Shown in pieces: positions 27,128 through 36,479 of a DNA stretch of 64,000 nucleotides. Below the pieces are notes generated by a model. It was given only the letters and a program-made list of their open reading frames with translations. It was not told where the DNA came from and did no database searches. Both the position numbers and the translations under genes were made by a program. Within the stretch, counting starts at the first letter, position 1; every line of letters begins with the position of its first letter. The stretch lies in NCBI GenBank assembly GCA_963663235.2, contig CAXXNO010000001.1:53762-117761 (forward strand), read 5' to 3'. Source of the DNA: Dehalococcoidia bacterium. GTDB lineage: Bacteria > Chloroflexota > Dehalococcoidia > Bin125.

Positions 27128-28863
27128 GGCTCCACCGCGATGGTCAGCCCGTGTCCCACGCGCACGTCGCCGTCGCTGACAATCAACCGCACCTCGTAGT
27201 CATCCGGGATCGTCGGCGTCTCCCACACAACCCAGCCGGCCCCGCCGGAGCCGCTCAGCTCCCCGACGTCCGCCTCCCACACCGGCACCAGCAGCTCCGG
27301 GTTGGGCATCACCAACAGCGCCTCGCCCGATTCCAAGAAACTGGTGATGACCTCCCAGAGATTGGCCGTCTCCTCCGTGCCGGACACGTCCTCCAACGCC
27401 AGCCCGCCCAACTCGTACTGCGCCACCACCTCCAACTTGAACGCGATGCTGAAGCGGTTCTCCACCCATACCGTCACTGGCTCGTCCGTCTGCTGCGGCG
27501 CTACGAACGACACCATGTTGGCGAACCGGTCCCAGAACAGGCCGCTGGCCCCCGCGTCCAGAAAGATGTTCTCGCCCACCAGCGTCACCCGCTGGTTCGT
27601 CAGGATCGGGCCCGCCTCGCGCACGCTCAGCTCGCTCGCCAGCCCCAGCGCTTCGCGCTGGCTCAGCAGCCGGAACCCTTGCAGGCTCTTCTCCACGCTG
27701 TACGGCGAGAGCGTCAGCAGCACCTTCTCCGAGGGCACCCGCTCCAGCACCCGCGGCATCCCCGCCGCCAGCGTCTCCGCCCACACCGACTGGTCCCGCG
27801 GCACCACCAGCTTCAGCAGGTCGGCGGCCGCGCCGAGCGCCGTGAAGTTGTAGGCCCCTTCATCCACCCCCGAGGCATCGCGACGTGGCAGCGGCACCGT
27901 GAGGCTCAGCCCGCGTCCGTCCCGATGCAGTTGATCGGCCAACTCCGTGATGAACTCACTGAACGCGTCCCGCAGTGCGGTGCTGATCACCTGGTAGTCG
28001 ATGTCGACGCCGTCGTGCCGCCCCGTCTGCACCATCAGCAGGATGTTGTTGATGTGCTGGCGCCGCAATTGCGACGACGCGATCACCGTGTTGATGATGT
28101 CGGCCTCCGGTTCGCCCGCGAACACCACCGGGTACACCGGCTGCGTCACGTCGGGCGGGAGCGCCTCCACCCGCCCCAGCAGCGATGCGTCCTCCGCCGG
28201 GGTGAAGCCCACCGGATTGATGATCGTGAGCACGTTCAGCGCCTCCACGGCGATCTCCGCCCCGGCCGGCAGGCGGCCGGTCACCGTATCCTGAAACTGC
28301 AGCCGCCGCAGGATGGCCAGGTTGGACGGCACGACTTCCAGTTCCACCCGGGCGCCGGCGCCTTCGTCGGTCAGCAGCGCCGCCGTGATCCGCTCCCAGG
28401 CCCCGTCCCGGTAGGTGTAGGCCCCCAGGTTGCGCTGGTCCTGCGTCGGCTGGATCAGCCGCAGCGTGATCGCGAAGGGCCCCGGCAGTATCGGGGGCAC
28501 GCTGAGGTCGTAGAGCAGGCTGGCGGCGCGCAGATGCTCGGGCACGTCCGGCATGCGCGATCGCGTGCTGGCCGCGATCTGGCGGCCCCGGTCCTCCTCG
28601 ACGGCCGTGGCCAGCGTCGCGTCCGCTTCGTCGTCGTTCCCGCCGATCAGCGCGATCGGCGGTACGAACAGGATCACCAGCAGCAACGCCAGACCCAGCC
28701 CGGCCAGCGCGACCAACACCAGCAGCCGGCGTCCGCTCCCCTGCCCGTCGCCCCCCCGCGCGCGGCTCTGGCGCCGCACGGGGCGCCGCCGGTCCGGCGG
28801 CTCCGGCGCTCGACCCGTGATCCGCCGCGGCTCGCGCGGTTCGAACGGGCTCTCGTCGCTCAC
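27124..28863 (-). CDS. Membrane-anchored GH18-like protein (catalytic Glu replaced) with a C-terminal Ig/PKD-like segment
   Basis: One N-terminal TM; HDGVDIDYQ, YNFTALGAAAD, KVLL, VWVEN..S..FKL and LGGLA GH18 landmarks. Confidence 0.75.
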   Translation of the reverse strand: MSDESPFEPREPRRITGRAPEPPDRRRPVRRQSRARGGDGQGSGRRLLVLVALAGLGLALLLVILFVPPIALIGGNDDEADATLATAVEEDRGRQIAASTRSRMPDVPEHLRAASLLYDLSVPPILPGPFAITLRLIQPTQDQRNLGAYTYRDGAWERITAALLTDEGAGARVELEVVPSNLAILRRLQFQDTVTGRLPAGAEIAVEALNVLTIINPVGFTPAEDASLLGRVEALPPDVTQPVYPVVFAGEPEADIINTVIASSQLRRQHINNILLMVQTGRHDGVDIDYQVISTALRDAFSEFITELADQLHRDGRGLSLTVPLPRRDASGVDEGAYNFTALGAAADLLKLVVPRDQSVWAETLAAGMPRVLERVPSEKVLLTLSPYSVEKSLQGFRLLSQREALGLASELSVREAGPILTNQRVTLVGENIFLDAGASGLFWDRFANMVSFVAPQQTDEPVTVWVENRFSIAFKLEVVAQYELGGLALEDVSGTEETANLWEVITSFLESGEALLVMPNPELLVPVWEADVGELSGSGGAGWVVWETPTIPDDYEVRLIVSDGDVRVGHGLTIAVEP

Positions 28864-29969
28864 GATGTCCGTGCCTCGGGCGTCACGCTGACGCGGCGCT
28901 CGCGATCATCCTGGACGTAGACGACTTCCACCGCCACCCCAGGCTCCAGCCGCGCCAGCACGTTCAGATAGGGCAACTCCGGCGTGATCGCCAGGCCGTC
29001 AATGCTGAGCACAATGTCCCCGGGACGCAGTCCCGCCACGGCCAGCGGCCCGTCCCGCCTGATCTCCAAGAGGAAGCTCCCGGTCGTCGTCGGCAGATCC
29101 AGCTGCTCGGCGGCGAACTCCGTCACCGATTCCTGCCGCACCACGCCGAAGTCGGGCCGCGGATACCGGCCCGCGCTGATGATCTGCCGCGCGATCGGCA
29201 GGATCACGTCCATCTGCAACGCGAAGCCGATCCCATGGACGATATCGCCCGTCTCCGTTGTCCGCACCACCAAGGAGGTGAGGCCCACCACTTCGCCCGC
29301 GCGGTTGACCAATGCGCCGCCGCTGTTGCCCTGATTGAGCGCCGCATCGGTCTGAATGAGGTGCTCCTGCAGGACGCCGCCGTCCCGGAGAGTCCGCGTA
29401 TCGGTCTGACTGACGACCCCCACGGTAACCGTCGGCTCCTCCTGTCGCAGCGCATGTCCTACCGCGTACACCGTATCCCCCTGCCGCAGCGACGACGACG
29501 AGCCGATCGGCACCGCCGTCAGTCCTCCCCGCACCACCCGCAGGACGGCGACGTCGTTGAAAGGGATGTCGCTTCCCACCACCACTGCGCGACGGACCTC
29601 GCCGCTCGGCAGCACCACCTCAATGTCGCCCGACACCGCTCGAATGTTATGTTCGCTCGTCAGAATATAGCCTTCGCGATCGATAACCAGGCCGGTCCCG
29701 GTCAACTCAGTCTGGACCAGATTCCCCTCGGGATCGGGCGTCACCCCCAGGTCGACGATCACGGCGACCAGCCCGGGGATGACGCGCGCCACCGCCTCGC
29801 CCACGCTGAGGGGGTCGCGAGCGGCCCGTCCGGGCTCTGCCTCCGAGACCGCGGGCGCCTCGATAACGGCGGCCGGCCCGCCGTTATCGTCAAGCAACGC
29901 GACGAGCACACCGCCGATGGCGCCACCCAGGACGCCGGCCACCACCGCCGCGAGTATCGTCTGTCTCAC
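28860..29969 (-). CDS. HtrA/DegP-like serine protease with PDZ domain
   Basis: TM anchor, TSEHN, DVAVL, QTDAALNQGNSGGAL and PDZ AGLRPGDIV. Confidence 0.92.
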   Translation of the reverse strand: MRQTILAAVVAGVLGGAIGGVLVALLDDNGGPAAVIEAPAVSEAEPGRAARDPLSVGEAVARVIPGLVAVIVDLGVTPDPEGNLVQTELTGTGLVIDREGYILTSEHNIRAVSGDIEVVLPSGEVRRAVVVGSDIPFNDVAVLRVVRGGLTAVPIGSSSSLRQGDTVYAVGHALRQEEPTVTVGVVSQTDTRTLRDGGVLQEHLIQTDAALNQGNSGGALVNRAGEVVGLTSLVVRTTETGDIVHGIGFALQMDVILPIARQIISAGRYPRPDFGVVRQESVTEFAAEQLDLPTTTGSFLLEIRRDGPLAVAGLRPGDIVLSIDGLAITPELPYLNVLARLEPGVAVEVVYVQDDRERRVSVTPEARTS

Positions 29970-30044
29970 GCAGCGTCCCTGGATCCCGCCCGCCAGCGGC
30001 GTCCTCCCCGCCCGGGCCAGTTTATCACCACCCCTTTGGGCGCG

Positions 30045-30074
30045 TTTACGCCGCCTCGTCGCAAGTCCTATAAT
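30045..30074 (+). promoter_or_regulatory. Putative sigma70 promoter of greA-lysS
   Basis: TTTACG-18 nt-TATAAT in a GC-rich background. Confidence 0.65.
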
Positions 30075-30103
30075 GGGGCCGAGCCGACGAGTTTGAACCT
30101 CAT

Positions 30104-30137
30104 GACTGGGGGCGCGACAGCCTCCGGTCGATTTTTT
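30104..30137 (+). terminator. Intrinsic terminator/attenuator in the greA 5' leader
   Basis: GACTGGGGGC-GCGACA-GCCTCCGGTC stem followed by GATTTTTT, between the promoter and the start codon. Confidence 0.7.
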
Positions 30138-30195
30138 ACGCACCGACTCGATCGCGCGCCGCCAGCGGCCGCGAGAGGGAAAGGAGCCCGCGCGG

Positions 30196-30672
30196 ATGGC
30201 CGTGCAGAAGCCGGTCCCCATCACCCAGAACGGGTTGGAGCGCCTGCGCAAGGAGCTGCACGAGCTCGTGACCGTAAAGCGCCCGGCGACGGCCGAGCGC
30301 ATCCATGAGATCCGGGAGCTCTCCCCCAACACCCAGGGCGACGGCGAGTACGAAGACGCCAAGAACCAGCAGGCGTTCGTCGAGGGACGCATCCTCACCC
30401 TGGAGAAGATCCTGGCCAACGCCGAAGTCATCGACGAAGATGCCGCCCACAACACCGACACCGTTCATCTGGGCGCCACGGTGACCGTGCAGATCGGGGA
30501 AAAGTCGCAGGAGCTCACCATCGTCGGCATGCCCGAGGTGGACCCGGCCCACGGCTTCGTCAGCGATGAGTCGCCCGTGGGCAGGGCGCTCTTGGGGCGC
30601 GCCGTGGGCGACACCATCGAGGTGAGCGCTCCCGCCGGCACCATCGAGTACAAGATCAAGGCCATCCGCTAG
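30196..30672 (+). CDS. greA: GreA-family factor with an atypical coiled-coil tip
   Basis: ITQNGLERL..KRP..EYEDAK.QQAFVEGRI..VSDESPVGRALLG; upstream of lysS. Confidence 0.9.
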   Translation: MAVQKPVPITQNGLERLRKELHELVTVKRPATAERIHEIRELSPNTQGDGEYEDAKNQQAFVEGRILTLEKILANAEVIDEDAAHNTDTVHLGATVTVQIGEKSQELTIVGMPEVDPAHGFVSDESPVGRALLGRAVGDTIEVSAPAGTIEYKIKAIR

Positions 30673-30698
30673 CGCCGCCGACCGTACTGGCGACCGTT

Positions 30699-30724
30699 AA
30701 CGGGCGTCCCGCGGGGCGCCCGTT
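30699..30724 (+). terminator. GC hairpin between greA and lysS
   Basis: AACGGGCG...CGCCCGTT stem followed by a weak U tract. Confidence 0.5.
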
Positions 30725-30762
30725 CTACTATGGCGAGCGGCCTACCTGGAGGGATGCGCCGC

Positions 30763-32259
30763 ATGGCGGACCAGCCTAGTGAGCGTCTGCGCGAGTTGTT
30801 CGAGCAGCGACGGCGGAAGGCCGACGCCTTGCGCGAGCGCGGCATCGACCCCTACCCGCCCCGCACGGCCGCGAAGCTGACCCCCGTCGCGACCGCCCGA
30901 GCCCGCTTCGAGCGCTGGGAACAGGGCGCGCTCAAGCGCCAGCCGTCGGTGCACGTCGGCGGTCGCATCACCAGCGTCCGCGACTTGGGCAAGCTGGCCT
31001 TTCTCGACCTGCGAGACGGCTCCGGGGTCATCCAGCTGTTGTGTCGTCGCAATCGCCTCGGTGAGAGCGGCGCGGCCGTGCTGAAGGCGCTCGACCTGGG
31101 CGACTTCGTGGAGTCGAGCGGACCGCTGATCCGCACCAAATCCGGCGAGATCTCCGTGGAGGCCCGGGACCTCCGGCTCCTGGCCAAGGCGCTACGGCCC
31201 CCGCCGGAGAAGTTCCACGGCCTGCAGGACGTGGAGGCGCGGTACCGGCAGCGCTACCTGGACCTCCAAGCGAACCAGGACTCCCGCGACCTCTTTATTA
31301 CCCGCTCACGGGTGATCTCGGCCCTGCGCCGCTGGATGGACGACCGCGGCTTCCTGGAGGTGGAGACGCCGGTGCTGCAGCCGGAGGCGGGTGGCGCCGC
31401 CGCGCGACCCTTCGTCACCCACTTCAACGCGCTGGATGAAGAGCGCTACCTCCGCATCGCGCTGGAGCTGCACCTCAAGCGGTTGATCGTCGGCGGCTTC
31501 GACAAGGTCTACGAGGTCGGCCGCATCTTCCGCAACGAGGGCACCTCCACCACGCACAACCCCGAGTTCACGATGATGGAGTCCTACGAGGCCTACACCG
31601 ACTACCACGGGGTCGCCGCGATGGTCGAGGAGCTCGTGGCGCACCTCGCGCAGACCATCCTCGGCGCCACCACCATCCCCTGGGGCGACGCCACCATCGA
31701 CCTCGCCCCGCCCTGGCGCCGCCTCACCATGCGCGACGCCCTCATGCAGTACGCCGGCATCGACTTCCTGGAATACCGCACGGCGGACGCCCTCCACGAC
31801 GTGCTCCAGCGGCACGGCATCCCCATCCCGCCGGATGCCTCCTGGCACAAACTGCTGGGCGATCTGCTGGCCCACGCGGTCGAGCCCCACCTGATCCAGC
31901 CCACCTTCTTAATGGACTGGCCCGTGGAGATCTCGCCCCTGGCCAAACGCACCCCCGACGACGACCGCCTCGTGGAGCGCTTCGAGGCGTACGTGGCCGG
32001 CTGGGAGATCGCCAACGCCTACAGCGAGCTCAACGACCCCATCGACCAGCGCCGGCGCTTCCAGAACCAGGTCGCCCTCCGCGCCGCCGGCGACGAGGAG
32101 GCGGAGCTGATGGACGAAGACTTCCTCGTCGCGCTGGAGCACGGCATGCCGCCCACCGGCGGCCTCGGTATCGGCATCGACCGGCTGATCATGGTCCTCA
32201 CCAACTCCCGCTCCATCCGCGACGTCATCCTTTTCCCGCAACTGCGGCGGAAGGAGTAG
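30763..32259 (+). CDS. lysS: Lysine--tRNA ligase (class II)
   Basis: OB fold, RYRQRYLDL, FRNEG..HNPEFTMMESY and GMPPTGGLGIGIDRL motifs. Confidence 0.98.
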   Translation: MADQPSERLRELFEQRRRKADALRERGIDPYPPRTAAKLTPVATARARFERWEQGALKRQPSVHVGGRITSVRDLGKLAFLDLRDGSGVIQLLCRRNRLGESGAAVLKALDLGDFVESSGPLIRTKSGEISVEARDLRLLAKALRPPPEKFHGLQDVEARYRQRYLDLQANQDSRDLFITRSRVISALRRWMDDRGFLEVETPVLQPEAGGAAARPFVTHFNALDEERYLRIALELHLKRLIVGGFDKVYEVGRIFRNEGTSTTHNPEFTMMESYEAYTDYHGVAAMVEELVAHLAQTILGATTIPWGDATIDLAPPWRRLTMRDALMQYAGIDFLEYRTADALHDVLQRHGIPIPPDASWHKLLGDLLAHAVEPHLIQPTFLMDWPVEISPLAKRTPDDDRLVERFEAYVAGWEIANAYSELNDPIDQRRRFQNQVALRAAGDEEAELMDEDFLVALEHGMPPTGGLGIGIDRLIMVLTNSRSIRDVILFPQLRRKE

Positions 32260-32264
32260 CCGAC

Positions 32265-32287
32265 GTTCGTCCTGAGCCCGTCGAAGG
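32265..32287. repeat. Single half of a widespread REP-like palindrome family
   Basis: GTTCGTCCTGAGCCCGTCGAAGG resembles the CCTTCGACAGGCTCAGGAC-type repeat (recognised from memory). Confidence 0.55.
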
Positions 32288-32311
32288 GGCAGCGGCTACC
32301 ATCCGCACAAG

Positions 32312-35233
32312 ATGCCCAACAACGCCACCACTCCGACGCTGACCGCCGCCGAGTTCGCCGCCAAGTGGCTCGGCAGCAGCCTCAAAGAGAGCGCCGCCTC
32401 CCAGTCTCACTTCAACGACCTCTGCCGCGTGCTCGGCGGCCCCACTCCGACTGAAGCCGACCCCGCCGGCGATTGGTACACCTTCGAGAAGGGCGTCGAG
32501 AAGACCGGAGGCGGCAACGGCTTCGCCGACGTCTGGAAGCGGGGCCATTTCGCCTGGGAGTACAAGGGCAAGCACAAGGACCTGACCGCCGCCTACGACC
32601 AACTGCTCCAGTATCGCGAGGCGTTGGAAAATCCACCCCTCCTCGTCGTCTGCGACCTGGAGCGCTTTGAGGTCCACACCAACTTCACCGGCACCCCCAA
32701 GCAGGTCTACGCCTTCGACCTGCACCAACTCCGCGACGACCCCGCGGAACCGCTCCGCATCCTGCGCTCAGTCATGCGCGAACCGGAGGCCCTGCGCCCC
32801 AAGCGGACGCGCGAGCAGGTTACCGAAGAGGCCGCGCGCCAGTTCGCCGAACTCGCCGGCCGCCTCCAGAATCGCGGGCATGAGCCGCACCAGGTCGCCC
32901 ACTTCCTCAACAAGTTGCTCTTCTGCTTCTTCGCCGAGGACACCCGCCTGCTCCCGCGCGACCTCCTCTCCAAACTCATCGCCGGCACCCGCAACAAGCC
33001 CGCCGATTTCACCGAACGCCTAGCGGAGCTCTTCCGCACCATGTCCGACAAGGACGGCTGGTTCGGCGCCGAACGGATCCAGTGGTTCAACGGCGGTCTT
33101 TTCGACGGTTCGGCAGTCCTCCCGCTTGAGGCAGACGACCTTGAGGTGATCGCGGCAGCCTCTCGCCTCGATTGGGCCGAGATCGAGCCCTCCATCCTGG
33201 GCACCCTGTTCGAGCGCGGTCTCGACCCCGACAAGCGCGGACAGCTCGGCGCTCACTACACCGACAAGGGCTCCATCATGCGCGTCGTCGAGCCCGTCGT
33301 CCTCGTTCCGCTTCGCCGCGAGTACGCCGCCATGCAGTCCGCCGTCGAGACGCGGCTCGCGGGCCGCACGCCATCTCCGCTTACGCGGGACGGCCTCCCC
33401 CGCAAGAAGCGGCCTCGGTGGGAGCGCGATGCCGAGGCGGAGTTCTTCCAGTTCCTCGATCGCCTTCGAGATCTACGCATCCTGGACCCCGCCTGCGGGT
33501 CCGGGAACTTCCTCTACGTCGCCCTCCAGTGCGTCAAGGACCTAGAGAAAGAGACGACCCAGTGGGGCTGGGAGAACCTCCACCTGATGCGGCCCTTCCC
33601 AGCAGTTGACCCCTCCATCGTCCACGGCATCGAGATCAACGACTACGCCGCCGAACTCGCCCGCGTCACCGTCTGGATCGGCGAGATCCAGTGGATGCTC
33701 AACAACGGCTTTCACTACCGCGACGACCCCATTCTCCGTCCTCTCGACAACATCGAGCGCCGCGACGCCATCATTGATCTTTCGGACCCCGAGCACCCTC
33801 GCCCAGCCGACTGGCCGGAGGCCGAGTTCATCATCGGCAACCCGCCGTTCTTGGGCAGTCAGCTCGTCCTGACTCACCTGGACGACCAGTACGTCGAAGA
33901 CCTGAGAGACGCATGGAGAGATCGGGTGCCCGCATCAGCGGATCTCGTCTGCTACTGGCACGAGAAGGCCCGCGAGGAGATCGAGCACGGGCGCGCGAAG
34001 CGGGCCGGCCTGCTGGCGACGAACAGCATTCGTGGCGGCGCGAATCGCCGGGTGCTGGAGCGCATCAAGCAGACCGGCGACATCTTCATGGCCTGGAGCG
34101 ACGAAGAATGGGTCGTCGAGGACGCTGCCGTGCGCGTCTCGATCGTCGCGCAAGACGACGGCTCGGAGACAACGCGGACGCTCGACGGCGAGCCTGTTGG
34201 CGTCATCTATTCCGACCTGACGAGCGGGATCGACCTCACGATCGCTCGCCGTCTGCGAGAGAACGTGAGCGTCGCATTTCAAGGACCCGTCAAGGTTGGT
34301 CCATTCGACATTCCGCGCGAGACGGCACGTCAACTGGTACAGCAGCCGAACCCGAACGGGCGATCGTCCATTGAAGTGGTCCGTCCCCTGGTGAACGGGA
34401 CGGACATCGTTCGTCGCTCACGGGACATGTGGATCATCGAGTTCCCGGACCATCTGTCGGAAGCGGAAGCAGCGCAGTTCGAGGCACCGTTCGAGTATGT
34501 CCGGGAGCACGTGCGGCCGATCCGCGCCAAGAACAAGGACTCTCAGCGACGGACCTACTGGTGGCGTCTCGGGCGAAGTGGCGCGGATCTTCGCACCGCT
34601 GTGAACGGCCTGTTCCGTTTCCTCATGACGCCGCGCGTGTCCAAGCACCGCGTGTTCGTCTGGGTGCATCCTCGCACGCTCGCCGACTCAGCCACGATCG
34701 CCATCGCCCGCGACGTTGACTACACGTTCGGTGTCCTCCACTCCCGCGCGCATGAACTCTGGGCGCTACGCACGGGTACCTGGCTCGGGAAAGGCAATGA
34801 CCCGCGCTACACGCCCACCACCACCCTTGAGACCTTCCCCTTCCCTTGGCCTCTCGACACGCCGGACGACGCCCTCACCCCGGAGCAGCGCGCCCACCGT
34901 GACACCATCGCCGCCGCCGCTTACGACCTCAACGAGATCCGCGAACGGTGGCTCAACCCGCCGGACCTCGTCCGCGAGGAGCCGGACGTCGTTCCATCGC
35001 TGCCGCCCCGTCTGATCCCCGTGGATGAAGAGGCGGCCAATATCCTCAAACAGCGCACGCTTACCAAGCTCTACAACGATCGTCCGCAGTGGCTTGACAA
35101 CCTCCACCGGGACCTCGACGCCGCCGTCTTCGCTGCTTACGGTTGGCCCGCGGACATCTCGGATGAAGACATCCTCCGCAACCTCCTCGACCTCAACCTC
35201 CAGCGCGCCGCCGTCCAGCAGCCCCGGAAGTAG
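32312..35233 (+). CDS. Type IIL (MmeI-like) fused restriction endonuclease/N6-adenine methyltransferase
   Basis: N-terminal FADVWK..FAWEYK nuclease motif, GAHYT, LDPACGSGNFL, IIGNPPFLG, C-terminal TRD with RTLTKLYN and LDAAVFAAYGW. Confidence 0.9.
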   Translation: MPNNATTPTLTAAEFAAKWLGSSLKESAASQSHFNDLCRVLGGPTPTEADPAGDWYTFEKGVEKTGGGNGFADVWKRGHFAWEYKGKHKDLTAAYDQLLQYREALENPPLLVVCDLERFEVHTNFTGTPKQVYAFDLHQLRDDPAEPLRILRSVMREPEALRPKRTREQVTEEAARQFAELAGRLQNRGHEPHQVAHFLNKLLFCFFAEDTRLLPRDLLSKLIAGTRNKPADFTERLAELFRTMSDKDGWFGAERIQWFNGGLFDGSAVLPLEADDLEVIAAASRLDWAEIEPSILGTLFERGLDPDKRGQLGAHYTDKGSIMRVVEPVVLVPLRREYAAMQSAVETRLAGRTPSPLTRDGLPRKKRPRWERDAEAEFFQFLDRLRDLRILDPACGSGNFLYVALQCVKDLEKETTQWGWENLHLMRPFPAVDPSIVHGIEINDYAAELARVTVWIGEIQWMLNNGFHYRDDPILRPLDNIERRDAIIDLSDPEHPRPADWPEAEFIIGNPPFLGSQLVLTHLDDQYVEDLRDAWRDRVPASADLVCYWHEKAREEIEHGRAKRAGLLATNSIRGGANRRVLERIKQTGDIFMAWSDEEWVVEDAAVRVSIVAQDDGSETTRTLDGEPVGVIYSDLTSGIDLTIARRLRENVSVAFQGPVKVGPFDIPRETARQLVQQPNPNGRSSIEVVRPLVNGTDIVRRSRDMWIIEFPDHLSEAEAAQFEAPFEYVREHVRPIRAKNKDSQRRTYWWRLGRSGADLRTAVNGLFRFLMTPRVSKHRVFVWVHPRTLADSATIAIARDVDYTFGVLHSRAHELWALRTGTWLGKGNDPRYTPTTTLETFPFPWPLDTPDDALTPEQRAHRDTIAAAAYDLNEIRERWLNPPDLVREEPDVVPSLPPRLIPVDEEAANILKQRTLTKLYNDRPQWLDNLHRDLDAAVFAAYGWPADISDEDILRNLLDLNLQRAAVQQPRK

Positions 35234-35349
35234 GCTAAGGCTCCGCCAACGTCGTCAACCCCCGCGTCTCTCGCCCGCGCCCGTCCCGTCACCCGACGCG
35301 TACGATCCGCCCCCTACAATGAACGGCGTTCGAGCGCGGTTAACGAAAA

Positions 35350-35865
35350 ATGAAACGCCACTTCACCGTTACGGCCTTCATCTCCGCCGAGGGGCACACG
35401 CTCCTGCACTGGCACGCCAAGAACCGCATGTGGCTGCCCCCCGGCGGGCACATCGAGCCGGACGAAGACCCGCCGCAGGCCGTCCTGCGCGAGGCCCGCG
35501 AGGAGACGGGCATCGTGGTTGCCGTCCTCCCGGCCGCGACGCCGTTCCCCTACGACGCCCCGCCGCAGCTCCCGCCGCCCGCCACCATCATGGTCGAGGA
35601 GATCCCCGCGACGGACGACGAGCCCGCCCACCAGCACCTGGACCTGATCTACTTCACGCGTCCCGTCGACCCCGGCCTCCCCACCGCTACGCACGACGGC
35701 TCGCACCCCGGCTGGCGCTGGGTCTCGGCGAAAACGTTGCAGGCCGCTGAGCGCATCGCCATCGGCGAAGGCGCGCCCGCCGTCGCTCCCCCGCAGGACG
35801 TGCGCGTGCTCGGCCTGGCCGCCATCGCCCGGGCCGACTCCGAACCTCCGCCCCAAGACGACTAG
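35350..35865 (+). CDS. NUDIX hydrolase
   Basis: PGGHIEPDEDPPQAVLREAREETG Nudix box; HQHLDLIY. Confidence 0.93.
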   Translation: MKRHFTVTAFISAEGHTLLHWHAKNRMWLPPGGHIEPDEDPPQAVLREAREETGIVVAVLPAATPFPYDAPPQLPPPATIMVEEIPATDDEPAHQHLDLIYFTRPVDPGLPTATHDGSHPGWRWVSAKTLQAAERIAIGEGAPAVAPPQDVRVLGLAAIARADSEPPPQDD

Positions 35866-35965
35866 CGCTACTTCGACGTTGGACACCGAATCGAGCACCT
35901 CGGCAGTCCGGTGACTGTCAGGCCTTCAAAGGCTGAGTTGCACCACCCGCCTGTGCAAAATTGTT

Positions 35966-36005
35966 GACAAGGAGACTTGACATGACGACAAGTGTCCTTT
36001 ACATT
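35966..36005 (+). promoter_or_regulatory. Sigma70 promoter overlapped by two palindromic operators
   Basis: TTGACA(35977)-17 nt-TACATT; GACAAG-N4-CTTGAC and GACAAG-N4-CTTTAC with starts 21 bp apart. Confidence 0.75.
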
Positions 36006-36050
36006 CCTCCCTGGAAGGGGTTGCGATAGCCCCAGAGGAAAGGAATCGCC

Positions 36051-36479
36051 ATGACGAAAGTAATTCACGCGTCGAGCAGCCTCTGGCGTCGCATCAGGCT
36101 CTATTCCGGGGATGGGCGGTATGGTCGCGAGTTGGTCGCCGCCCTTGTGGCGTACGCGGCCGTCTTGGTCCCGACGATCGTCGTCGTTAACGCAAATCAA
36201 GACGCGGCCTGGCGCTTCCCCGTTGCCGTGCTCCCCATGATCCCGCTCGTCTTTGCACTGTTCGCTTGGGTCCGATTCTTCCGTCGCATGGACGAGCTGC
36301 AACAACGGATCGCCTTGGAGGCGCTCGCCTTCGCCTTTGGCGGCACCGCGTTGATCACCTTCAGTTATTGGTTCCTCCAGGATGCCGGCTTCCCGGACCT
36401 CAACTGGTTCTACGTCTGGCCGATCATGGCTGGGCTCTGGACCATCGGCGGCCAGCTGGCGAAGCGGCGCTGGCTGTGA
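36051..36479 (+). CDS. 4-TM membrane protein (DE.Q..I..EA type, XRE-associated)
   Basis: Hydrophobic helices flank MDELQQRIALEALA; translationally coupled to the XRE gene. Confidence 0.85.
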   Translation: MTKVIHASSSLWRRIRLYSGDGRYGRELVAALVAYAAVLVPTIVVVNANQDAAWRFPVAVLPMIPLVFALFAWVRFFRRMDELQQRIALEALAFAFGGTALITFSYWFLQDAGFPDLNWFYVWPIMAGLWTIGGQLAKRRWL

